From an uncultured Alphaproteobacteria bacterium (GTDB taxonomy: Bacteria > Pseudomonadota > Alphaproteobacteria > Caulobacterales > Caulobacteraceae): a DNA stretch of 64,000 nucleotides. Of this stretch, positions 38,975 to 50,094 are shown one piece after another. The stretch lies in the NCBI GenBank assembly GCA_963804105.1, contig CAWDPL010000018.1, positions 3,508 through 67,507 on the forward strand. Direction: 5' to 3'. A program made the position numbers and the translations under genes. Position 1 is the first letter of the stretch. Every line of letters begins with the position of its first letter. Under the pieces are notes generated by a model. That model searched no databases, was not told where the DNA came from, and saw only the letters and a program-made list of their open reading frames with translations.

Positions 38975-39679
38975 ATGAAGCTCGCGATTCTCGACGATGA
39001 TCGGATCACAACGCCCACCTGGCCTGGCTGTTCGGCGACGCGGGCCATCAATGCCAGTGCTTCGACAACGCCGCCGGCTTCATCCGCTTCCTGCAGCGCG
39101 AGACCGTCGATCTGCTCGGTGCTGGATTGCACCTTGCCCGCCAGCTCCGGCCTGGAGGTGCTGAGCTGGGCGCGCGCGAATTTGGCGGCGGGATTGCCGG
39201 TGCTGATGGTCACCAACCGCGCGGAGGACGAGGATGTGTTGGCGGGATTCGCGGCCGGCGCGGACGACTATGTGATCAAGCCGGCTCGAACCGGCCATTC
39301 TGCGCGCGCGGGTCGACGCCCTGCTTCGGCGCGCATATCCGCCTCCGGCGACGGACGGGCCGGAGACCTTCGGCCGTTACGTGTTCGACGCCGTCCTGCA
39401 GACCGTGCGCGCGGGGGATGAGACCGTGTCCCTGACCGCCAAGGAATTTCAACTGGCGCTGACTCTGTTCCGCAACCTGTCGCGGGCGTTGTCGCGCGGC
39501 TATCTGCTGGAAGCGGTCTGGGGCAGAACCCGGACCTGCCCACGCGGACTCTGGACGCCCATATCTCGCGGGTTCGCCTTAAGCTCGGTCTTCGGCCGCA
39601 AAACGGCTTCAGGCTGTCCACCGTCTACAGCTACGGTTATCGTCTGGAACAGCTGGAAGCCTGCGAGGAACGCGAATGA
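38975..39679 (+). pseudogene. OmpR/PhoB-type response regulator, at least 4 frameshifts
   Basis: MKLAILDDD, HLAWLFGDAGHQCQCFDNAAGFIRFLQRETVDLL, GLEVLSWARANLAAGLPVLMVTNRAEDEDVLAGFAAGADDYVIKP, ILRARVDALLRR. The winged-helix part is VSLTAKEFQLALTLFRN..RALSRGYLLEAVWG, TLDAHISRVRLKLGL, GYRLEQ. Confidence 0.8.
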
Positions 39680-41022
39680 CGTCCAGGTGCAAGGCGGCTC
39701 TGATCGCCCAATCCTTTCTGCTCGCCGTTCTGGCCGTCAGCGCCGGTCCGGTCTGGGCCGCAGCGCTTCAGCTGGATCCGCCGGTCAGCTACACGGTCAA
39801 ACCAGGCGACACCCTGATCGGGTTGGCCAAGCATTATCTGGTTTCGCGCAACGCATACCGCGATGTGCAGAGCGCCAACCACGTGCGGCGCACCCGGCGG
39901 TTGAAACCCGGCCTGGTGCTGACCATTCCCGGCGCCCTTCTGCGCAGCGAACCGATCACGGCGACCGTCGTGGCCTTCTCCGGGCCGGTGACGGTCGACC
40001 TCGGCAAGGGTCCCCAGCCCGTCGGCCTGAACATGGCCGTGGGCCAGGACGCGGCCGTCAACACCGGCGCCAACGCCTTCGTCACCCTGCAGTTGCCCGA
40101 CGAGTCGCGCATCACCCTGCCGTCCCAGTCGCGCCTGCGCGTCGTGCGCCTGCGTCACATCCTCATGACCGACGGCGAGGACCGGGTGTTCGCCATCGAG
40201 CACGGGCGCAGTGAATCCACCGTCACGCCCCTGCCCAATCCGCAAAGCCGCTATCTGATCACCACGCCGGTGGCGTCCTCGGCGGTGCGCGGCACCGTGT
40301 TCCGCGTCGGCTTCGACGAGGCGGCGGGTCGCGCCACCACCGAAGTGGTCAAGGGCGTGGTCGGCGTGGCGGGAACCGCCGCGACCGGCGCGGAGGCGGC
40401 CGTGCCGGAGGGCTTCGGCGCCAGGACCGCGGCCGACGGCGCGCCGGTCACGCTGAAACTGCTGCCCGCCCCCAAGATCGAGAACGGCGGCAAGGATCAG
40501 CAGGAGCCGACGCTCAGCTTCGCGGTGCAGCCCCTGCCCGGCGCCAAGACCTATCGGTTGCAATTGGCCAACGACGCCGGCTTCGTGGACATCTTTCGCG
40601 AGGCGACCTTCGACACAGGAGCGGCCTCGTTCGAGGGCCTGCCGGACGGGACCTATTTCGTCCGCGCCACGGCGATCGACGAGAACGGCCTGGAAGGCCT
40701 GGCCTCGGTCTACAGCTTCACCCGCGAACTGAATTCCATTTCCGGCGGCGCGCCTGCGGCCCTCGGCGACGCCAAGATGCGCCGCTATCTGTTCCGTTGG
40801 GGCGCGGCCGGCGCGGGGGTCAAGAGCTTCCGCTTCCAGCTGTTCGACAATGCCGACGCCAAGGCGCCGCTGGTGGATCAGCCGGGGCTGAGCGATCCCT
40901 TGATCACCGTCACCGACCTCAAGTCGGGCGACTACTACTGGCGGGTAATCGTCTCGACCTTCCTGAAGGGCCGGCTCACGGAAAAAGCCGGAGAGTTGCA
41001 GCAGCTGCACATCGGCCCATGA
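39676..41022 (+). CDS. secreted LysM plus FecR-domain protein with C-terminal Ig/Fn3-like repeats
   Basis: Signal peptide AQSFLLAVLAVSAGPVWAA. LysM: YTVKPGDTLIGLAKHYL...LKPGLVLTIP. FecR-like: GQDAAVNTGANAFVTLQLPDESRITLPSQSRLRV...TPVASSAVRGTVFRV. Repeats: YRLQLANDAGFVDI...DGTYFVRATAIDENGLEG and FRFQLFDNAD...GDYYWRV. Confidence 0.7.
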   Translation: MTSRCKAALIAQSFLLAVLAVSAGPVWAAALQLDPPVSYTVKPGDTLIGLAKHYLVSRNAYRDVQSANHVRRTRRLKPGLVLTIPGALLRSEPITATVVAFSGPVTVDLGKGPQPVGLNMAVGQDAAVNTGANAFVTLQLPDESRITLPSQSRLRVVRLRHILMTDGEDRVFAIEHGRSESTVTPLPNPQSRYLITTPVASSAVRGTVFRVGFDEAAGRATTEVVKGVVGVAGTAATGAEAAVPEGFGARTAADGAPVTLKLLPAPKIENGGKDQQEPTLSFAVQPLPGAKTYRLQLANDAGFVDIFREATFDTGAASFEGLPDGTYFVRATAIDENGLEGLASVYSFTRELNSISGGAPAALGDAKMRRYLFRWGAAGAGVKSFRFQLFDNADAKAPLVDQPGLSDPLITVTDLKSGDYYWRVIVSTFLKGRLTEKAGELQQLHIGP

Positions 41023-41045
41023 TCGGCGAAGGCGCTTAAGAGCCG

Positions 41046-43348
41046 ATGAGCCTGGGCCGACCGAGGCTTGCCCAACCGTTCTCACGGCGGTTCCTGGCGG
41101 AATGGCTGGCCGTGGCCGCCGTATCGCTCGCGCTCGTGGCCGCCTTATCCCTGACGCGGGCGACCGCGCCGCTGGACGGGCTCGTCTATGACAGCCTGTT
41201 GCGCGTCTCCGAGCGGCCGACGCCGGACGACATCCTGATCGTCGCCATCGACGAACGCAGCCTGGCCGCGCTCGGCCGCTGCCTGGCCCCGCCGCACCCA
41301 CGCCGCACTGCTGGAACGCCTGGCCCAGGCTGCACCCGCCGCGGTGGTCTATGACGTGCTGTTTCTGGAGCCCGAACCCGGCCAGGATCAGGCCCTGGCC
41401 CAGGCCATCTCCGCATGCCGCAAGGTCTATCTGCCCTTGCTGATCAGCGTGCCCGGCCTTGACGGCGCGCCCTATCAGGCGAGCCTGCCGGTGGCGTCCT
41501 TGGCCGCCGCCGCGGCGGGAAGCGGCCAGGTCAATCTGCATCCAGATCCCGACGGCATCGTGCGCCGCGCCTTTCTGATGGAGACGGACGGATCACATCT
41601 GTGGCCGCATCTGATCGGCACGGTCGACGAGGCTTTGCATGGCCCCCTGCCGCGCCTGGAGGCGGCGCGCCGCGTTGGTCCGCCGCTGAACGCCTTGGAA
41701 GGTCGCGGGGAGATGCTGATACCCTACGCCGGACCGGCCGGCCGCATGCGCACGGTTTCCTTCGTCGACGTCCTGCGCGGCGAGGTCCCCGACGGATTTC
41801 TGCGCGGCAAGACGATCTTCGTCGGCGCCACGGCGGCGGGCCTGGCCGACCGCTTCCCGACCCCGCTCGGCGCCCCGTCCAACGACATGTCCGGCGTGGA
41901 GCTGCAAGCCAATATGCTGGACGGCTTGGCCAAGGGCGCGGTGGTCGCCCCGGCGGGACCTTTGACCAATCTGCTGTGCGGCCTGGCGCCCGGTGGCGGG
42001 GCTGCTGGCCGCCTTCCTACTCTGCGCCCGCGCCTCAATGCGGCCCTGGGCGCCGGGCTGATCCTCGCCGTGCTGGCGGCGAGCGCGGCGGGCCTGGCCT
42101 GGCTGCACCTGTGGCTGGCGCCCGGCGCCGCACTGGCAGGCCTGGCCGTGGCCTATCCTCTGTGGGGCTGGCGGCGTCTGGAGGCGTCCAGCGCCTATAT
42201 GCTGGAAGAGCTGGCGCGTTTGCAGCAGGAGCCCGGCGTGCTGGAGGGCGCGCCGGACGGCGAGGGCGGCGGCGACGTGGTGGAGCGACAGGTGCGCCTG
42301 ATGCGCCGACAGGTGGGCCGCATGCGCGACCTGCGCCGCTTCGTCACCGACGCTCTGCACGGCCTGCCTGACGCGACCTTCGTCGTGTCGCCCCAAGGCC
42401 GCATCGTCATGTCCAGCACGGCGGCGGAGGGGCTTGTGATCAGTCTGGGACTAGGTCTGGAGCAAACCGATATCGCCGCCGTGTTCGCCAAGCTCACCGC
42501 CGAGGCGGACGAGTCGGTCCCGCCGCTGACGCTGGGCGAACCCCTCGCCGCCGAGATCGCCGCCCCGGACGGCGCCCGCTACCAACTGGGCCAATCGCCG
42601 ATCGTCGGACACGACGGCGAACGCCTGGGCTGGATCGTTCGCCTGGGCGACATCAGCGAGATCCGCGCGGCCCAACAACGCCGCGAAGAGGTCCTTCAAC
42701 TGCTGACACACGACATGCGCTCGCCTCAGGTGTCGATCCTGGCCCTGCTGGATGGGACCGGGGAAAAAGCCGCCGGCCGATCCCATATCCAAGCGGATCC
42801 GCGCTCTGGCCGAACACACCCTGGCCTTGGCCGACGCCTACGTCCGCCAGTCTCGCGCCGAGTCCGCCGACCTCAAGCTGGAGACGCTGGACGCCGGCGA
42901 CCTGCTGGTGGAGGCGGCGGACGCGTTGTGGCCTCAGGCCAAGGCCAAGGGCGTTGAGCTTCACGCCGAGAGCGGCGAGGAGGAACAGCTGCTGCTGGCC
43001 GACCGCAGCCTGCTGGGCCGCGCCCTGATCAATCTGATCGACAACGCCGTGCGCCACGCGCCCAAGGGATCGGCGGTGACCTGCTGGATCGAACCGGCTG
43101 CGACGGAAATCGCTTTCGTCGTTCAGGACCAGGGGCCTGGGCTGGCGCCTGGGCAGATGGCCGGGCTGTTCAAGCGCTTCGGCGCGGTCGATGTGGGCTC
43201 GGCCAATTCGAGCGGCGTCGGTCTCGGACTGGCCCTGGTCCGCGCCGCGGCCTTGCGCCACGGCGGACGCGTCGCCTGCGACAGCCGCCCCGGCGCAGGC
43301 GCCCGCTTCAGCCTGTCGGTTCCGCGTGGAGGACCATCGCGCGGTTAG
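41046..43348 (+). pseudogene. CHASE2-domain sensor histidine kinase, at least 3 frameshifts
   Basis: CHASE2: LDGLVYDSLLRVSERPTPDDILIVAIDERSLAALGR, VVYDVLFLEPEPGQD, GQVNLHPDPDGIVRR, GKTIFVGATAAGLADRFPTPLG..MSGVELQANMLDGL. HisKA: LQLLTHDMRSPQVSILAL. HATPase: LINLIDNAVRHAPKGS..VQDQGPGL...SSGVGLGLALVRAAALRHGGRVACDS. Confidence 0.8.
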
Positions 43349-43830
43349 GGCTTGGCCCCCGGAGCCACGCCCAGCGCGAAGTCCACCAGTTCAGGCAATG
43401 CCTTCTTGGAATTGCGCCCCCGTCCGGCGAGGGTTGCACCCCCGTCGAACACGGCCTTGCCGCTAACGCGCTCGAGCACCACGATCTGCAGGTGCAGCTT
43501 CTTGCCGTGGCGCGGATCCGCCACCCAATCCTCCGGCGGGGCCTGAGGCGTCTTGGCGTCCGGCAGGTAGACGCCGGCCTTGGCCGGAAGGTCGCTCAAG
43601 CCCAGGTAAACGATGTAGTCCGCGCTCGCGGCTGACGCCGGCGTTAGGCCTTTGTCGGAAAGCCGCTGTGCGACCAGGGCCTGCACAGGGCCTTGCTCCA
43701 CCCCGCCCGCATCGGCGAAGGCGAAGCCGCCCGGCTTGAGGACGCCGCTCACCTTGGCCTCGGGCAGGCTGGCGCAAGCGGTGAGCAGGGCCGCCAGCAG
43801 GATTCCGCAGATCGCCTTTGCTGTCGTCAC
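43345..43830 (-). CDS. lipoprotein, function unknown
   Basis: Lipobox: MTTAKAICGILLAALLTAC|ASLPE. 161-aa ORF, convergent with the kinase gene and overlapping its end by 4 nt. Confidence 0.55.
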   Translation of the reverse strand: MTTAKAICGILLAALLTACASLPEAKVSGVLKPGGFAFADAGGVEQGPVQALVAQRLSDKGLTPASAASADYIVYLGLSDLPAKAGVYLPDAKTPQAPPEDWVADPRHGKKLHLQIVVLERVSGKAVFDGGATLAGRGRNSKKALPELVDFALGVAPGAKP

Positions 43831-43966
43831 TCGCCCGAACTCCCGCCCGTTCAGCCGAGCTTAGTTCAAGGCGCCTGCAATTCAAACCGGCGCGCGACGG
43901 GCGCATGGCGCGGAACCTCGCCTTCCGGCGGGGCGTTGAATCGGCGGATAACCCAAGGAGGCGCCT

Positions 43967-44284
43967 ATGTCTTCGGCGCACGTTTCGAACCATCCCAAAC
44001 CCACTGCCGACATCAGCCAGAACCTGAGGACCTATCATGGGGTCCTGATCGGCCTGCGATATGTAGTGCTCGCCCATGTCGTGGTCGGCAGTTTCCTCAT
44101 CCTGGCGTTCTGCACCCAGGCAAGCTACCTCACCGCTGCGGTGATCGCCCTCATCGAATTGGCGTGCGGCCTTGCCCTGGCCAAGGACCGCAAGGCGCCG
44201 AACTGGATGTCCGAGGCGTCCACCCTGTTCATCAGCACCTCGGTCGACAGCGGCGATCACGGACCGCCCAACAAGATCAGATGA
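43967..44284 (+). CDS. small membrane protein; N-terminal part resembles bacterial aa3-type cytochrome oxidase subunit IV family
   Basis: A strong SD (aaggagg) lies 6 nt upstream of the ATG. DISQNLRTYHGVLIGLRYVVLAHVVVGSFLILAF resembles the DI..EK.TY.GF pattern plus TM helix of that family, recalled from memory. A second TM helix follows. Confidence 0.35.
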   Translation: MSSAHVSNHPKPTADISQNLRTYHGVLIGLRYVVLAHVVVGSFLILAFCTQASYLTAAVIALIELACGLALAKDRKAPNWMSEASTLFISTSVDSGDHGPPNKIR

Positions 44285-44648
44285 ACGGACCCCAATGGGC
44301 GGCCCAGCTTTTTTGATGCTGGTCGGACTCTCCGACATCGCCCAACTCGGACATTTCGAAGGACGGCGCCTGGGCCAGCCGGTCCTTGTCGACGGCGGCG
44401 ACATAGCCGCTTCGGGCCGTGTCGTAACTGAGCATCCGCCAAGGAACAGGATAGCGACGTGAGCCGGCGCCAAGAAAGCCGCCCACGGCCAGGATGGCAT
44501 AGGCGATCTGGCCGGTGACCTTGTCGATGGCGATATCCTCGACGTGGCCGATCCTTTGGCCGGCGGGATTGAACACCGGTGTTCCATTGACCTTGCCCGC
44601 GAAAATCAGCGGTGAAGGCGACAGGCTGAAGGTGTGGCTCTGGCTCAT
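44277..44648 (-). CDS. PRC-barrel domain protein
   Basis: KVNGTPVFNPAGQRIGHVEDIAIDKVTGQIAYAILAVGGFLGAGSRRYPVPWRMLSYDTARSGYVAAVDKDRLAQAPSF. Confidence 0.7.
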   Translation of the reverse strand: MSQSHTFSLSPSPLIFAGKVNGTPVFNPAGQRIGHVEDIAIDKVTGQIAYAILAVGGFLGAGSRRYPVPWRMLSYDTARSGYVAAVDKDRLAQAPSFEMSELGDVGESDQHQKSWAAHWGPFI

Positions 44649-44744
44649 GGATCGGACCCTCCGCGTCGCCGAGGGAACACGAGAGCATCCACTTTGTTCC
44701 TCGTCGCGCGGTCAACCGTGCGGTCGAGCTTTCCGAGCTTCGGG

Positions 44745-45152
44745 CTAAAGGCCGGCCAGATAATCCGCGCCGGCCTGGGCGACGATCCCGTCCTGCGAGG
44801 ATTGCACCCCGGACACGCCGATCGCGCCGACGTATTCGCCGCGATAAAGCAGCGGCACGCCGCCCTCGATGGGCATGGCGCCGGGAAGCATCATCATCAC
44901 CTGCCGGCCGCCGGCCACGGCGTCTTCCAGGGCCTTGCTGGCGCGTTTGAACATGGCCGCGGTGCGCCCCTTTTCCTGGGCGATATAGGTCGACGCCAGC
45001 TGGGTGCCGTCCATCCGCTCAAGGCAATGCAGATGGCCGCCTTCGTCGAGCACCGCGATCACGACATTCCAGCCGTTTTTCACGGCGACGGCCTGGGCGG
45101 CCGCGAGGACGGCCTTGGCTTCAGCGAGCCCAAGATAGCTCTTGGCGATCAT
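44745..45152 (-). CDS. GlcG/HbpS-like (DUF336) heme-binding/degrading family protein
   Basis: LGLAEAKAVLAAAQAVAVKNGWNVVIAVLDEGGHLHCLERMDGTQLASTYIAQEKGRTAAMF...GGVPLLYRGEYVGAIGVSGVQSSQDGIVAQAGA. Confidence 0.7.
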   Translation of the reverse strand: MIAKSYLGLAEAKAVLAAAQAVAVKNGWNVVIAVLDEGGHLHCLERMDGTQLASTYIAQEKGRTAAMFKRASKALEDAVAGGRQVMMMLPGAMPIEGGVPLLYRGEYVGAIGVSGVQSSQDGIVAQAGADYLAGL

Positions 45153-45222
45153 GCAAATCTCCTTGACGGGTAAAGGGGCCTTGTAGCGAAGCCGGCAGGC
45201 CTGCGCCAGCCGCGGCGGCGGC

Positions 45223-48200
45223 CTATTCGGCGGCGTGTCCCAAGTGGGCCGGGCGCTTGGGCTCGGCCGGCCGCTCCGGCGCGGCCGGCTTGGCCGTGGG
45301 CTCGGCTCGCCCTTTCTCGCCGAACACGCGGCGCACGCGATCGAGGTAGACGTAGATCACCGGCGTAGTGAACAGCGTCAGAACTTGGGACACCAACAGG
45401 CCGCCGATGATGGCGAAGCCGAGCGGCCGGCGGAATTCCGAGCCCGTGCCGTTGCCAAGCGCCATCGGAATGCCGCTGAACATGGCGCAGCAAGTCGTCA
45501 TCAGGATGGGCCGCAGCCGCTGATGGCAGGCCTCGGTGACCGCCTCCACGGGCCCCAGGCCGAACTCACGTTCGAGCTTGAGCGCCACGTCGACCACCAT
45601 GATCCCGTTCTTCTTGACGATGCCGATCAGCAGGATGATGGCGATGATGCCGATGACGTTCAGATCCTGTCCGGCCGCCACCAGGGCGAGCAAGGCGCCC
45701 AGACCTGCGGAGGGCAGTGTGGACAAAATGGTCAAGGGATGGATGTAGCTCTCATAGAGCATCCCCAACACCACATAGACCGCCAGCAGGGCCGCCATGA
45801 TCAGGATCGGCTCGGAGGACAGCAACTCCTGGAAGGCTGCCGCATTGCCTTGAAATGACCCGCCAAGCGTATCCGGCGCGCCCAGTTTCTCCCGGGCCTC
45901 CTGCACGAGCTTGGTGGCGTCGCCCAGAGCCACGCCGGGGGTCAGGTTGAAGGAGATGGTGGCCGCCGGAAACTGGCCCTGGTGATTGATCGTCAGACTG
46001 GACGTCGCATTGGGATCGTATTTGAGGAACAACGACAGGCGGACCGGCTTTCCTGTGACCGGCGAATTTATATAGACCGAGTTGAACAGATCGGGCGTGG
46101 CCTGCAGGTTCGGCGGCGCCTCGAGCACGATGTGATAGGTGTTGAGCTGAGTGTAGGTCTGGGCGATCTCTCGCTGGCCGATCTGATCATAGACCGCCGC
46201 ATCGATGTCCGCAGGGGCGATTCCGAAGCGCGCCGCGGCGTCCCGGTCGATCGTGAGCTTGACCGCGCTGGCGGCGGACTGCTGGTCTGAGTTGACGTCC
46301 TTGAGCTGGGGCATGGCCTTCAGGGCGGCCAGCAATTTGGGGGCCCACGCGTTCAACTCTTCCAGGCTCGCGTCCGACAAGGTGTACTGGTAGAGAGCCC
46401 GTCCGCCGCGACCGCCGACGTTGATATCCTGGTTGGGCGCCATGAACACCGGCGCGCCGACGATCTGGGCGAACTTGGGCCGCAGGCGCGCGTAAACCTG
46501 ATCCGCCGTCGCCTTGCGGCCCTCGTCCAGGGGCCTTAGCGCAAGGCTCACGATCACCACATTGCCCCCGGTCAACGCGTAGGTGGCCCAGGTGACGTCC
46601 GGATCCTGCGCGGCGATCTTGGCCCACAGTTTGGCTTTTTGGTTGGCGCTCTGGGTGGAATCCCGCTGGGCGGTGATCATCTGGCCGGTCAGAAAGCCGG
46701 TGTCCTGAAGCGGAAAGAACCCGGTGGGCACGGTGGCGTAGAGCCAGAGCGCCAGGCCGGCGGTGGCGATGAAAACCAGCAATGTCACGCCCATGTGGCG
46801 CATCACCGTGTCGAGGGCGCGCGCGTAGCCGGACTCGATCTTCTGAAAGCCCGACTCGAGCGCGTTCATGATCGGATTGCGGGAATGCTCCGGACGTCGG
46901 AGGAATTTGCCGCACATCATGGGCGTGAACGTCAGCGACAGGAACACCGACAAGGCCACGGCCACGCTGACGGTGAAGGCGAATTCACGCATCAGACGTC
47001 CGATGATGCCGCTCATGAACATCAGCGGCGTGAACACCGCGATCAGCGAGATCGAAATGGTCAAGATGGTGAAGCCGATCTCGGAAGCGCCCGCCAGGGC
47101 CGCGTCCAACGGCTTTTGCCCGTCCTCGATCCGTTTCCAGATCACCTCGACCATGACGATCGCATCGTCGACCACGAAGCCCACGGCGATGGTGAGGGCC
47201 ATCAGGGACAGGTTATCGAGACTGAAATTCAAAGCCAGCATCGCCGCCGCCGTCGCCAGCAGCGAAAGCGGAATCACCGCGCTTGGGATCAAGGTGGCGC
47301 GGACGTTGCGCAGGAACACGAAGATCACGCACACCACCAGGGCGATGGTGATCAGCATGGTGATCTCCACGTCGCGGACCGACGCTTTGATGGTCTGGGT
47401 GCGGTCCTGCAGCGTCGACACGTGGATCGCCGGCGGAATGTTGGCCCGCAGCCCCGGCAAGGCGGCTTTAACGCGATCGACGGTCTGAATGACGTTGGCG
47501 CCGGGCTGCTTGAATATCTGGACGATGAGGCCCGGGCCTCCTGTCGCGGTGGGATCGTCGTTGGCCTTGCCGGGATAGTTCGCGGCGCCGATCTGGTTGT
47601 TTTCGACGCTTTCGACCGCCTGGCCGATGTCCTTGACCCGGATCGGCGCGCCGTTTTTGTAGCCCACGATCAGGTTGTTCCAGCCGTTGACGTCGGTCAT
47701 CTGGTCGTTGGCGTAGATGGCGGAAGTCGTGTTCGGACCCACCAAGGAACCCTTGGGCGAATTGACCGTGCTCGCCGACAGCGCCGTGCGGATCGTGTCA
47801 ATCTGCAGTCCCATGGCCGCCGCTCTGCGCGGATCGATCTGGATGCGGATGGCCGGCTTCTGCTGTCCCAGTAGGTAGACTTGGCCCACACCGGTCAGAC
47901 GGGAAAGCTGCTCGGAAAGGATATTGTCGGCGTAGTCGCTGACGGTCCGCAAAGGCAAGGCGTCGGACGTAGCGCCAGGGTCATGATGGCCGTGTCGGCC
48001 GGGTTGGCCTTGTAGATCGAGGGCGCGCTGGGAAGGTTGGTCGGCAGTTGGCGCGGAAGCCGCGTTGATCTCCGCGAGCACGTCCTGCGCCGCCGCGTCG
48101 ATGTTGCGCGCCAGGTCGAACTGCAGCACCACCCGCGTCTGACTCGAGCTGACTGGTCGAGGTCATCTGAGTGATGCCGGGATCAGCGAGAACTGTCGCT

Positions 48201-48402
48201 CAAGCGGCTGAGCGACGTTGGACGCCATGGTCTCCGGACTGGCGCCCGGCAGGTTGGCCTGAACCTGGATCGTCGGGAAATCCACCTGGGGCAAGGCGGC
48301 CACGGGCAGGGCGAAATAGGCGACAATGCCGAGCACGAAAAATGCGGCGGCCATCAGCGAGGTCGCCACAGGACGTTTGATGAAAGGCGCGGAGATGTTC
48401 AC
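45223..48402 (-). pseudogene. RND multidrug efflux permease (MdtB/MdtC/AcrB-like), about 4 frameshifts, all within 47960-48180
   Basis: N-terminus [47 protein letters not shown] in one frame. LQFDLARNIDAAAQDV..INAAS and ALPLRTVSDYADNILSEQLSRLTGVGQV are in others. A 900-aa uninterrupted remainder follows, containing AVGFVVDDAIVMVE and IGIVKKNGIMVVD. Confidence 0.85.
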
Positions 48403-49616
48403 GGGGTCTGCGGCTTTCGCATGTGCGAGTGGCCGCCGCCCGAGGCGTCCGCATCGCCGCGCACTGCGACCGTGGACCCGGGCGTCAGGGACACCTGACC
48501 GTCGGTCACAACCGTATCGCCTTCATTCAGTCCGTCCTGGATGACCGCGACAGCGTCTTGGGTGACTTGCACCTTGATGGGACGCATCTTCGCCTTGCGG
48601 TCGGGCCCGACCACATAGGCGAACGCGCCTTGGGGCCCCTCGTTCACCGCCGCGGCCGGAATGGATATGACGTGCTGCAGGGTTTGCACCGTCAGGCGCA
48701 CATTGACGAACTGTCCAGGCCACAGCTTCTGCTGGGCGTTCATGAACTTGGCCTTCATCTGCACGGTGCCCGTCGACGGATCGACCTTGTTGTCCGCCAC
48801 CGTCAGTTCGCCGGTGTCGAGCAAGGTGTTGTTTTCCTGGCTAAAAGCCTGAGTCACCAGCGGCTGCCTGAAGCCCTGCGTGACCGCCAGCAAGCGCTGG
48901 AAATCACCCTCGGGCACGGTGAACGTCACCGCGATCGGCGACAACTGATTGACGACGATGATGCCGGTCGTGTCGGTGGTGGCCACAAGGTTGCCAGCGT
49001 CGGTCAGACGCACGCCGACCCGACCGGTGACCGGCGAGGTGATGTCGCAGTAGTTCACGTTCACCTGGGCGGCGGACACCTGACCCTGATCCATCTGGAC
49101 CAAGCCCTCATCCTGCTTGACCAGGGCCTGTTGGGTGTCGACCTGCTGCTGGGCGATGGAGTGGGTGTCAGCCAGCTGTTGATAGCGCTTCAGGTCCAGT
49201 CGCGCATTGGCCAGCAGGGCGGTGTCGCGCGCCAGGGCGCCCTGGGCCTGCAACAGCGCCGCCCGGTAGGGGGCAGGGTCGACTTGGGCCAACAGCTGTC
49301 CGGCTTTGACGAAGGCGCCCTCGGCCACATTGACCTTGAGCAGCTTGCCGTTCACCTGGGTGCGGATCAGGTCGCTTTGCCAGGCCTGAACCGCGCCCAG
49401 CGCGGCGATCGCCACGGGAACGTCCTGATAGGACGCCTTCGCCACGGTCACCGGAACCGACGCCTTCTCGCCCCTCGCGGCTTTCTTCGGCTGCAGCCCG
49501 AGCGTTTGGCCGAACTGAGCGGCTTGCTTGGGCGCCAACACAGACCACGCGCCAAGGACGATGGCGGACAAGCCCAGGAATACCAAAACAATGCGGAACC
49601 GCGTAGGCGCCATCAT
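48399..49616 (-). CDS. RND efflux membrane-fusion (periplasmic adaptor) protein, MdtA-like
   Basis: [62 protein letters not shown]...[13 protein letters not shown]...[11 protein letters not shown]. It overlaps the pump gene by 4 nt. Confidence 0.85.
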   Translation of the reverse strand: MMAPTRFRIVLVFLGLSAIVLGAWSVLAPKQAAQFGQTLGLQPKKAARGEKASVPVTVAKASYQDVPVAIAALGAVQAWQSDLIRTQVNGKLLKVNVAEGAFVKAGQLLAQVDPAPYRAALLQAQGALARDTALLANARLDLKRYQQLADTHSIAQQQVDTQQALVKQDEGLVQMDQGQVSAAQVNVNYCDITSPVTGRVGVRLTDAGNLVATTDTTGIIVVNQLSPIAVTFTVPEGDFQRLLAVTQGFRQPLVTQAFSQENNTLLDTGELTVADNKVDPSTGTVQMKAKFMNAQQKLWPGQFVNVRLTVQTLQHVISIPAAAVNEGPQGAFAYVVGPDRKAKMRPIKVQVTQDAVAVIQDGLNEGDTVVTDGQVSLTPGSTVAVRGDADASGGGHSHMRKPQTP

Positions 49617-50094
49617 TCCAATGTTGCTCGCTTAGCCGTCAATAGACGGCTGAAAAGGCTTCAATCCGGACATTCGACTGTCCGACGGGCTCCACCGGGG
49701 TCAGAACGCTAGGGTTCCAGTGCAACATTTTCATTGCCTCCCTAAGTCGGGTTGTTTGCGAAATTGTAGCTAACCGGAAATGAAAACATTGATAAGGCTA
49801 AGCTAACCATGCGCCGTCGGCCCCGAGCCCGGGCGCGGCTGCATTTAGCTCAGACGGCCGTCCGCAGGCCATACCCAAACCCAAAAAGAAGCGAAGTTCG
49901 GGCGCCTAAACTTCAGGCGCCGGCGCCGAAAGCCATCCCTGCGGCCTGGAAACCGAGACCCTGTCCAGCGGATCGGTGGACAAGGCGCAGCCCCCTCCCA
50001 CAGGGTCGAGGGCAAAGACCGCTGTGTTGGAAACGCCATGCCGCCTAATCCTGTTCGCAACGCGGGCGTCGATCGCCCAGATGGCGGAAGCGGC

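Noticed and set aside
45223-49616. The RND pump and adaptor have no outer-membrane factor gene in the operon, considered as an unusual feature.
   Set aside because: MdtABC-type and many other RND systems use an outer-membrane channel encoded elsewhere (TolC-like), so its absence from the operon is ordinary.
49840-49890. A tRNA-like string, tagctcagacgg, which resembles a D-loop.
   Set aside because: There is no matching D-stem closure (no gagc). I could not fold a 7-bp acceptor stem, an anticodon arm or a GTTCGAATC-type T-loop around it. I found no tRNA or rRNA anywhere in the window.
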